Below are positions 57,499 to 64,000 of a stretch of 64,000 nucleotides of DNA, piece by piece. Positions within the stretch are counted from its first letter, which is position 1. The number at the start of each line of letters is the position of its first letter. Under the pieces are notes generated by a model. It made no database searches, had not been told where the DNA came from, and saw only the letters and a list, made by a program, of their open reading frames with translations. The translations under genes and the position numbers were made by a program. This stretch comes from a virus: positions 14,692 through 78,691 of IMG/VR virus record IMGVR_UViG_3300025695_000007; one strand, given 5' to 3'.

Positions 57499-57738
57499 AT
57501 GAAGACACGATTTGATCTAGAAGAAGATATCTTGTCATGTTGGCAAGTGACAGAAGAGCTCAAAGTTATACTTGATGCTCTAGAGCATGACTCTGTTTTC
57601 CAAGATATGGAGGCTGAATATAGTGATAAGTTGATGAATCTGCTTATCGGCATAAGAGCCATGAATGAGTTAAGATTTAATAAGTTGTTCAGTACCTTCA
57701 GTGAAGTATGTTTTCCACCTCCTGAGAGGAATAAATGA
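57499..57738 (+). CDS. Hypothetical protein
   Basis: RFDLEEDILSCW...LIGI...LRFNKLF; GGAG RBS. Confidence 0.68.
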   Translation: MKTRFDLEEDILSCWQVTEELKVILDALEHDSVFQDMEAEYSDKLMNLLIGIRAMNELRFNKLFSTFSEVCFPPPERNK

Positions 57739-57789
57739 ATAGATATCAAACTATCCGTAAGTTAATAACTTCGAAGCAGAGACCTTATA

Positions 57790-57987
57790 ATGCCCACAAC
57801 AAACATAGAAATGAGACTGGACATTCTGTACAGAATGATGATGACAGACCTGCACCTGGAGGATCCAGCACTAGTGAAGAGCTATTGCAATCACTGCATG
57901 AGCAAGTGGGATCAACTGACAGACAAGGATAAAGATTTTGTAAACCGTGCGTATGCGTGCGTAGTAAAGAGAGAGAAATATGGATAA
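57790..57987 (+). CDS. Hypothetical protein
   Basis: Overlaps downstream start; competes with 57735-57932 frame. Confidence 0.5.
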   Translation: MPTTNIEMRLDILYRMMMTDLHLEDPALVKSYCNHCMSKWDQLTDKDKDFVNRAYACVVKREKYG

Positions 57988-58228
57988 GAAACTTACAGCA
58001 CTTATACTTACTATGGAAGAGTGTGGAGAACTAACCCAAGCATGCTCGAAAGTAATACGTCGCGGCGGGGACGAAAAGAGTATTAGCGATCTAGCAGATG
58101 AAGCAGGTGATGTACTCTGTCTGATTGAATTACTCGTTAGACTTGGACACCTACGCCAGATTGACTTAGACGAACGAAAGAAAATGAAAAAATTAAAACT
58201 CAAAAGCTGGAGTAATTTGTATGATTAA
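57980..58228 (+). CDS. Short MazG-like protein
   Basis: MEECGELTQACSK...DEAGDV. Confidence 0.75.
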   Translation: MDKKLTALILTMEECGELTQACSKVIRRGGDEKSISDLADEAGDVLCLIELLVRLGHLRQIDLDERKKMKKLKLKSWSNLYD

Positions 58229-58403
58229 AGAAACTTTTAAAGATGTAAACTCTGGAATCCATATCGAAATTATCAACAATGGATATACAATTGAAGTGAG
58301 CGGCAGAAACGTTGAAGAAGAATGGAAAACTTGCAAGCTCTACTGTTCAAATATAGACGATCTGGCAGAACAGCTAGAGGCAGCAAGAGAGCTACATGTC
58401 TAA
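58221..58403 (+). CDS. Hypothetical protein
   Basis: NGYTIEVSGR..EEWK; GGAG RBS. Confidence 0.65.
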   Translation: MIKETFKDVNSGIHIEIINNGYTIEVSGRNVEEEWKTCKLYCSNIDDLAEQLEAARELHV

Positions 58404-58572
58404 TAATAAAACCTGCCCAGAGTGTGGAGAAGAGTTCGAAGTTATACTAGAAGGTGCAGAGTATTGCAGCTATGAGTGTGAAATAGATGCAAACAGTACG
58501 TATGTCGAAATGAAATTTACTACTGCTGCAGATATGCTTGCAGAAGAGTTAGACAAAATAAAAAATACTTGA
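58396..58572 (+). CDS. Small zinc-finger protein (58 aa)
   Basis: CPECGEEF...YCSYEC; not in track. Confidence 0.62.
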   Translation: MSNNKTCPECGEEFEVILEGAEYCSYECEIDANSTYVEMKFTTAADMLAEELDKIKNT

Positions 58573-58597
58573 CAATTTGCTTTTTTCTCTGTATAAT
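58569..58597 (+). promoter_or_regulatory. Early sigma70 promoter
   Basis: TTGACA-17-TATAAT. Confidence 0.85.
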
Positions 58598-58627
58598 GTA
58601 TTTATAAACTGAGAGAAGGATACAATA

Positions 58628-58822
58628 ATGACAATGCCAAGAGAAAGAAAAGTTGCTGTAAAGAATACTGAAGCGTTTTTGCTTGCCTTATGTGACGCAG
58701 ATCAAACTCCTGGTGTTCCCAGTGAGATTCGTTTACGGGCGCGAGGGCTGCTCAAGCATTACCCAAGTGACTATTATATGGAACAGGCTGCTGAGTTAGC
58801 CCCTTCAGTCTTTGGAGGATAA
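58628..58822 (+). CDS. BPSL0761-like small protein
   Basis: MTMP.ER..AV...FL..L...TP.VP..IR..A..LLKHYP. Confidence 0.7.
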   Translation: MTMPRERKVAVKNTEAFLLALCDADQTPGVPSEIRLRARGLLKHYPSDYYMEQAAELAPSVFGG

Positions 58823-58825
58823 AAA

Positions 58826-59086
58826 ATGAATAAGGTAAGTGTAGAAATAGAAGCAAGCTCTTGGCTAGATGTAAACGGAATAGAGACTATAGTCTATATT
58901 GGCGATGTAGATATGCCTCAAGTAGTGAAGACAGAGACCTTAGAATCCCTTATTGACAATACGCTCGAATCGTACGAATTCGAGGGCAAAATTGCTAATA
59001 TTCACAAAGAAGAGGTAGAACAACTTCTTGCAATGTTAAAAAATGCGTCTGAATACGCCGAGAAAAAAGTACGAGAGATGCCATAA
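58826..59086 (+). CDS. Hypothetical protein
   Basis: GGAGG RBS. Confidence 0.65.
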   Translation: MNKVSVEIEASSWLDVNGIETIVYIGDVDMPQVVKTETLESLIDNTLESYEFEGKIANIHKEEVEQLLAMLKNASEYAEKKVREMP

Positions 59087-59094
59087 AAAATTTC

Positions 59095-59123
59095 TTGACA
59101 AACTGCTCAAAATTGCGTATAAT
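59095..59123 (+). promoter_or_regulatory. Strong sigma70 promoter
   Basis: TTGACA-17-TATAAT. Confidence 0.87.
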
Positions 59124-59129
59124 ATATTT

Positions 59130-59537
59130 TTAGTTGAGAGAACAACTTTAAAAAACCGGAGCGGTAACCCCAGGCCTCACACTTCGTAACAAAGTTAACT
59201 CTGGCGCATCACAAAGCGTTAATCGTGCAGTCCTAAGGTTCTCAAATCTTTCACAGTCTGATAAATGTGTAAACTTGAGCGTGTCATTCAACGCAGTGAA
59301 TGTGGTATAGTAACGCAGATGTTCTCGGATCGGGTAGTACCGTAAGCAGCTTCCCATAGCTGCAACTACCACCTAATTTCTACTACTACTGTTCCAGCGA
59401 GTAGAGGCACACTCTTCGCCTAACGAGTGTGCAGCAGGGGGGTGACGTCCTGCTTGAAAAAACGCCCACCTAATTCTAGGTCAGAGCAGCCTTTAATGCT
59501 CAATATGCGGCACTCTCTGTTTGGGGAGGGCCTTTTT
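59130..59537 (+). ncRNA. Candidate ~400-nt structured ncRNA(s)
   Basis: No RBS-led ORF between promoter and terminator-like hairpin 59509-37; several GC-rich stems. Confidence 0.5.
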
Positions 59538-59600
59538 GTGTAAGGATAAAACGCCGAAAGGGTTTTATAAAGTCCCACCGAAAGGGGGAAGGAGATATGT

Positions 59601-60017
59601 ATGACAACACATAAATTGTCCATGGCAGACCTACCTAAGTTCTTCTTAGGGTTTGACCGCTTAGAAAATGACTTCTTTGCAAGTACAGTAGATGGAGGTT
59701 ATCCTCGTTATAACGTCGTAAAAGCAGGAGAGACTGACTATAGAGTCGAGATCGCAGTTCCTGGATGGCATAAAGAGGATATTAAAATCTCGCTACATAA
59801 AAATGTACTTAGCGTAAAAGGCACTACAAAGCAGACAGAAAATCCAAACGAAACATACGTTTACAAAGGATTGAGTGGTAAATGTTTTACCCGCAATTTC
59901 AGAGTAGGCGATCATATTAAACTTTCAAAAGCGTATATGAGCCGGGGACTGCTTTGTATCGATCTTCAGGAAGAGGTTCCTGAGGAAGATCGTCCCATTA
60001 CCATAGCGATTAATTAG
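59601..60017 (+). CDS. Small heat shock protein Hsp20/IbpA-like
   Basis: LGFDRL, YPRYNV, EIAVPG, F.R.F, GLL.I.L..VPEE..P..I. Confidence 0.94.
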   Translation: MTTHKLSMADLPKFFLGFDRLENDFFASTVDGGYPRYNVVKAGETDYRVEIAVPGWHKEDIKISLHKNVLSVKGTTKQTENPNETYVYKGLSGKCFTRNFRVGDHIKLSKAYMSRGLLCIDLQEEVPEEDRPITIAIN

Positions 60018-60026
60018 GAGAAGTCA

Positions 60027-60143
60027 TTGAATAAGTTAAAGACTTACGATAGAGCATGCAGGTTTTGTGCGCTCGTAGAAGGAGTAGCATTGTGTGCAAT
60101 AAGCATAATGATACCTTTCAGTATCGTAGCAACCAATATGTAA
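60027..60143 (+). CDS. 38-aa hydrophobic peptide
   Basis: AGGAGA RBS, TTG start; CRFC plus TM. Confidence 0.5.
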   Translation: MNKLKTYDRACRFCALVEGVALCAISIMIPFSIVATNM

Positions 60144-60150
60144 GACCAGC

Positions 60151-60179
60151 GGGGTCGGGAGAAATCTCGACCCTTTTTT
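60151..60179 (+). terminator. Intrinsic terminator
   Basis: GGGTCGGGA-GAAA-TCTCGACCC-TTTTTT. Confidence 0.82.
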
Positions 60180-60193
60180 CTTTGGAGAAAAAT

Positions 60194-61468
60194 ATGATAA
60201 AAAAAGCTATAGCTATAAGCGTGGCGCTAGTAGGGACAGTGGACGCACAAACCTACACTGACGGCGTTGCAGATATTATCAATAACAACTGTGTAGTTTG
60301 TCACCGTGAAGGTGGCATAGGTCCCATGAGCTTTGAGACTTACGAGCAAGTACGTCCCTGGGCTCCTCTCATCTCAATGCGAGTAGCAAATCGAGAAATG
60401 CCTCCGTACGCATATGATCACGGTATCGGCATACAAGACTTACAAGGAGACTGGCGTCTCTCACAAGAAGAAATTGATTCAGTAGTGAATTGGGTCGCAG
60501 CGGGGTCATTATATGGCGATCCTGATAGAATAGTACAAGCACCTGAAATGAAAGATCCAGAAGCATGGAACTTCGAAGCAGACTTCGGCGCACCAGACGC
60601 AATCATTCCTTCAGTAGCTATTGACATTCCTGCAAACGGAAACGATCTGTGGCACAAGCATTTAGTACCAACAGGTCTTACTGAAGATCGATGCATCAAA
60701 GCAGTACAAGTAAAACCACGAGGCGAAGCAAAGGCAGTAGTACACCACGCTAACTCTAGTATTATTACTTCAGAAGGGCGTGAAGGCATGCTCACGGAGT
60801 ACGCTATGGGAAAGTGGGGAGAGATAGTTCCAGAAGGAGTATGTCGAACTATCCCAGCAGACGCACAAGTAAGTTGGGACATTCATATGTTTCCAGGTGG
60901 ACTTGGCGCAATGGCTCCAGGAGCGGTTATCAAAGACAACGTAGTGGAAATTGGACTTTGGTTATATACAGAAGAGGAAAGCGCACAACTGAAATACAAA
61001 CAAGATTTGAGTTTGTATCGCCTTGGAGATCAGGACGATTTAGTAGTCCCACCCAATGGATATGCAATGACACAGGGCTTTCACAGTTTCGATCATCCTG
61101 TACGTTTAGATAGTTTTCAGCCGCATGGTCACTTGCGTATGAATGCAGCGAGCCTTGAGATTTTTTACCCAGAAACTGGTCGCACTCAAGCCATAAGTCA
61201 GATATCTAAGTGGAGCGCTACGTGGCATCATAGTCATTTGTATGCTCCAGAAGTTGCACCTCTCATACCAGCAGGCGCTGTGATTGTACTCAAGCAATGG
61301 TATGACAATACTGCAAACAATCCAAATAATCCTGACCCAGATATGTTTGTAATGGGTGGCTCACGTACAGGAGATGAAATGACTCACGCTTGGCTTGCTA
61401 TCACACACCTAGATGACGAAGGATTTGAGCAATTGAAAGCACAGCGAAGTGCAATGGGAGATGATTAA
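60194..61468 (+). CDS. Exported cytochrome c - copper type II (PHM/DBH-like) monooxygenase fusion, copy 1
   Basis: Signal peptide; CVVCH...MPP; VVHH, DIH, PHGH, DEM copper ligands; GGAG RBS at ATG 60194. Confidence 0.82.
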   Translation: MIKKAIAISVALVGTVDAQTYTDGVADIINNNCVVCHREGGIGPMSFETYEQVRPWAPLISMRVANREMPPYAYDHGIGIQDLQGDWRLSQEEIDSVVNWVAAGSLYGDPDRIVQAPEMKDPEAWNFEADFGAPDAIIPSVAIDIPANGNDLWHKHLVPTGLTEDRCIKAVQVKPRGEAKAVVHHANSSIITSEGREGMLTEYAMGKWGEIVPEGVCRTIPADAQVSWDIHMFPGGLGAMAPGAVIKDNVVEIGLWLYTEEESAQLKYKQDLSLYRLGDQDDLVVPPNGYAMTQGFHSFDHPVRLDSFQPHGHLRMNAASLEIFYPETGRTQAISQISKWSATWHHSHLYAPEVAPLIPAGAVIVLKQWYDNTANNPNNPDPDMFVMGGSRTGDEMTHAWLAITHLDDEGFEQLKAQRSAMGDD

Positions 61469-61629
61469 TGACTAATTCAGTATTAAACATACACGGACTC
61501 AGCAAGGACGGTGCTCAGTGGGTTATTGACACTTTTGGAGAAGCTGCCAAAGAGTCTAACTATCAAACTAATAAAACTATGCAGATGTGGATAGAACAAT
61601 CCCAAGCAGTTTTAGATGAGGAAGAGTGA
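61468..61629 (+). CDS. Small acidic hypothetical protein (53 aa)
   Basis: TAATG and TGATG coupling; not in track. Confidence 0.6.
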   Translation: MTNSVLNIHGLSKDGAQWVIDTFGEAAKESNYQTNKTMQMWIEQSQAVLDEEE

Positions 61630-61775
61630 TGGCAGTTAGTATTATATTTTATGTTCTGTTATTAACACCACCTGTACTGTTTTTAGGATTGACCTACGGC
61701 GATAGAAAAGAAACAGGAAAGTGGTTCTGGCAAAAAGCGAAGTCAGGAGTTAATTCTGGCGCTAAATTTGGATAG
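61629..61775 (+). CDS. Small single-TM protein (48 aa)
   Basis: MAVSIIFYVLLLTPPVLFLGLTY...; coupled start. Confidence 0.58.
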   Translation: MAVSIIFYVLLLTPPVLFLGLTYGDRKETGKWFWQKAKSGVNSGAKFG

Positions 61776-61785
61776 GAGTAGATTA

Positions 61786-62154
61786 ATGCCAACATTAAAA
61801 CAAGCACGAAACGGTTTATGGGGTTCTTTAATTATATTTTTAGGACTTCTTGCATTTCAGTTCGTAGTATTATTAGGAGCAAGAACTTTATACGCACAAG
61901 AGGTAGACCTTAGTTCAGTAGAAATTAAATGGAAAACCTGTGCAGCATGTCACGGCACTAAGGCAGAGGGTAAGCCAGGGTTTCCTAGTTTAAACTGGAT
62001 GGAAGAAGATTACATTGTAGAAGCATTGACTGACTACAAGCAGATGATTAATCGTGGCGACATGAGTGGCATCATGTTTGGACAAGCCGCTACTCTATCA
62101 GATGAAGAGATAGAACTGATGGCGAAATATATCAAGGAGATGATCAATGACTAG
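61786..62154 (+). CDS. Monoheme cytochrome c (c553/c4-like)
   Basis: N-terminal TM/signal; CAACHG, PSL, YK...R, IM..QA..LSDEEI. Confidence 0.92.
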   Translation: MPTLKQARNGLWGSLIIFLGLLAFQFVVLLGARTLYAQEVDLSSVEIKWKTCAACHGTKAEGKPGFPSLNWMEEDYIVEALTDYKQMINRGDMSGIMFGQAATLSDEEIELMAKYIKEMIND

Positions 62155-63376
62155 ATTAAATTCAGCAGCTGCTACTCTCGGTATTATAGTATTGCTGCTC
62201 GGTCTTAGGGCAGAAGCTAGTGAATACGCAGAGAATGTAGCACCCATCTTTGTAGAGCAGTGCCAAAGCTGTCACCGTGAAGGTGGTATAGCACCATGGG
62301 CAATGACCGACTACAGAATGCTTCAAGCGTTTGCGCCTGCAATCAAAGAAGCAATAGTAAATCTAGAGATGCCTCCTGGGCAGATCAATCGTAAGTATGC
62401 AGATGTGATTATTAATCATCGTACACTTAGCGATTATGAGATGCAAACTATTGTATCTTGGATTGATGCCGGTGCACCTGTTGAAGGCGATAGAGATCCT
62501 CTAACAGAAACAGTGTACTCTACTTCAGAGTGGGTACACGGTGAGCCTGATATGATTGTTGAAGTACCTGCACAAGAGATACCTGCAGGCCCATCAGCAA
62601 TACCTTATCGTTATGTCGGTGTTGATTTAGGTCTCACTGAAGATAAGTGGCTACGGGGTTCAGAATATCTACCTTCAGAGCCTACTGTCATGCATCATAT
62701 GCTAAACTCAGTAGCAGTACCTGGCGAGCGCAATGGTAACATCTTGGGCACACAAGGTGCTGGTCAAGAAGAAATGAACTATGCTTCTATCAGTGCCTAT
62801 GTACCTGGAGGCGATCCTGACTTCTATGATGAGAATACTGGGGGACTGTTGCGGGCAGGTAGTAAAGTGAACTTGCAACTACATTACACACCAGATGGAA
62901 CACCTCGAACTGATAAAGCTCGAATTGGTTTGTACTTTCATGATGAAGGGGTAGTACCAGAAGAAAGAATGGCAGGCGACTGTGCTTGTATCTTTCCTGA
63001 CAAGTGGACACCAATTCCACCGTATGATCCTAACTTCATGCAAGAAGCAGATGTTGTTTTAAAGAATGATGTAATGCTGCATACGTTTCTACCTCATATG
63101 CATTTCCGTGGTAAAGCAATGCGAGCAACTGCATTCTATCCAGACGGCACAGAAGAAGAGCTGATTGATATTCCTCGTTATGAGTATGCTTGGCAGCTTT
63201 CATACACATGGAGAGAGCCTAAGTTCTTGCCTGCAGGAACTAGACTACATGTACAAGGATGGTTTGACAACTCAGCAGATAACCCTATGAACCCAGACCC
63301 CAGCAGAGAAGTACCTTGGGGACAGATGTCTGAAGATGAGATGTTTTTTGGAGCATTTACTTGGAAGAACTACTAA
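62147..63376 (+). CDS. Exported cytochrome c - copper type II monooxygenase fusion, copy 2
   Basis: Signal peptide; CQSCH...MPP; VMHH, QLHY, PHMH, DEM. Confidence 0.85.
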   Translation: MTRLNSAAATLGIIVLLLGLRAEASEYAENVAPIFVEQCQSCHREGGIAPWAMTDYRMLQAFAPAIKEAIVNLEMPPGQINRKYADVIINHRTLSDYEMQTIVSWIDAGAPVEGDRDPLTETVYSTSEWVHGEPDMIVEVPAQEIPAGPSAIPYRYVGVDLGLTEDKWLRGSEYLPSEPTVMHHMLNSVAVPGERNGNILGTQGAGQEEMNYASISAYVPGGDPDFYDENTGGLLRAGSKVNLQLHYTPDGTPRTDKARIGLYFHDEGVVPEERMAGDCACIFPDKWTPIPPYDPNFMQEADVVLKNDVMLHTFLPHMHFRGKAMRATAFYPDGTEEELIDIPRYEYAWQLSYTWREPKFLPAGTRLHVQGWFDNSADNPMNPDPSREVPWGQMSEDEMFFGAFTWKNY

Positions 63377-63493
63377 TAAATATTTCAGTAGCCGGCCTGT
63401 TATTCCTCGCACTATATGTGTGGGGAATAATGGGAATTACGTTCGTAGAGTATGTACGAGAAAGCGAAGATCCGTTCTTCAAAGGCACACGTA

Positions 63494-63619
63494 ATGATTG
63501 AATTAGATCCAAAACATTTATTTATAGCAATAGTAATATGTGCTTTAGCCGCTGGAATCAGCAGTAAAGTTAAAGCAGGAGTCGAAAGACCAGAGATTAA
63601 GATATGTGGGGAGGAATAA
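63494..63619 (+). CDS. Small hydrophobic protein (41 aa)
   Basis: MIELDPKHLFIAIVICALAAG... Confidence 0.4.
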   Translation: MIELDPKHLFIAIVICALAAGISSKVKAGVERPEIKICGEE

Positions 63620-63966
63620 TAGGCTCCATAGCGGGGCTAGGACAAACTTGGCTAGAGGGCAAAAACAGTAAGATGAAAGCCAAAGCCGAGGCGGAAGCCA
63701 AGGTAATAGTAACAGCGGCACAGAGTAAAGCAGATTGGGAATCAATCATGGCAGCTAACTCTGGGTCTTCGTGGAAAGATGAGTGGCTAACACTACTCTT
63801 CAGTATTCCTATGATATTGTGCTTCTTTCCTCAAACTGTAGAATATGTTCATGCAGGCTTTCAAGCTCTTGAAGAAATGCCAGCATGGTATCAATACACA
63901 CTTAGCGTAATTGTTGCAGCATCATTTGGTGTACGAGCAGCAGTAGGATTTATGGGCAAAAAATGA
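63604..63966 (+). CDS. Putative holin (3TM holin-like)
   Basis: SWKDEW, P.WYQY...ASFGVR; directly before endolysin-like start. Confidence 0.72.
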   Translation: MWGGIIGSIAGLGQTWLEGKNSKMKAKAEAEAKVIVTAAQSKADWESIMAANSGSSWKDEWLTLLFSIPMILCFFPQTVEYVHAGFQALEEMPAWYQYTLSVIVAASFGVRAAVGFMGKK

Positions 63967-64000
63967 ATGTAGACAGACTACAAAAGCAGTTAGAAATTGA
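63963..64000 (+). CDS. Probable endolysin, 5' fragment
   Basis: MNVDRLQKQLEI resembles T4-type lysozyme N-termini; ATGA overlap with holin; only 12 codons visible. Confidence 0.5.
   Translation, partial: MNVDRLQKQLEI

Noticed and set aside
59200-59300. Twister ribozyme suggested by TTAAT...GTCCTAAG
   Set aside because: Could not build the required stems and pseudoknots by eye
59130-59537. tRNA or tmRNA genes
   Set aside because: No GTTCRA T-loop cloverleaf or tmRNA tag frame recognised; kept only as an unclassified ncRNA candidate
60056-60193. Long N-terminus given by the ORF track for monooxygenase 1
   Set aside because: It crosses a terminator; the RBS and signal peptide support ATG 60194
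60194-63376. Host contamination or prophage boundary at the cytochrome cluster
   Set aside because: Flanked by phage-type genes with coupled small ORFs and no integrase or att site; read mapping is still advised
1-64000. Stop-codon reassignment
   Set aside because: Conserved genes are full length in code 11, and TAA, TAG and TGA all end genes

Overview
64 kb of a lytic, T5-like (Demerecviridae-related) siphophage, AT-rich, standard genetic code. The host is probably an aquatic gammaproteobacterium (inference). 1-7.3 kb (+): T5-type D11-D12-D13-D14-D15 recombination/repair genes and nrdA/nrdB. 7.5-49.3 kb (-): late region with several side-fibre genes, a lambda-type tail tip (M, L, K, fused I-J-fibre-S74), tape measure, a frameshifted chaperone pair, tail tube, neck genes, a protease-capsid fusion ORF with an internal capsid start, portal, HNH, TerL, a run of very basic mini-proteins, SleB hydrolase, TerS and a C5 methyltransferase. 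49.3-53.0 kb: a compositionally distinct block that looks like the terminal-repeat/first-step-transfer region. It carries three Fur-box-like palindromes, an A2/D3-like DNA-binding gene with a hidden -1 frameshift into a membrane domain, a HAD phosphatase, a DEDD exonuclease and PPK2, followed by a repeat-rich injection-stop-like segment. 53-64 kb: early genes behind consensus sigma70 promoters (D3-like, MazG-like, ribosomal protein bS21, Hsp20), two ORF-free structured RNA candidates, a cluster of two cytochrome c-copper monooxygenase fusions plus a monoheme cytochrome c, then holin and the start of an endolysin. No tRNA, CRISPR, integrase or reverse transcriptase was recognised. All calls are from motif recognition by eye; no searches were run.
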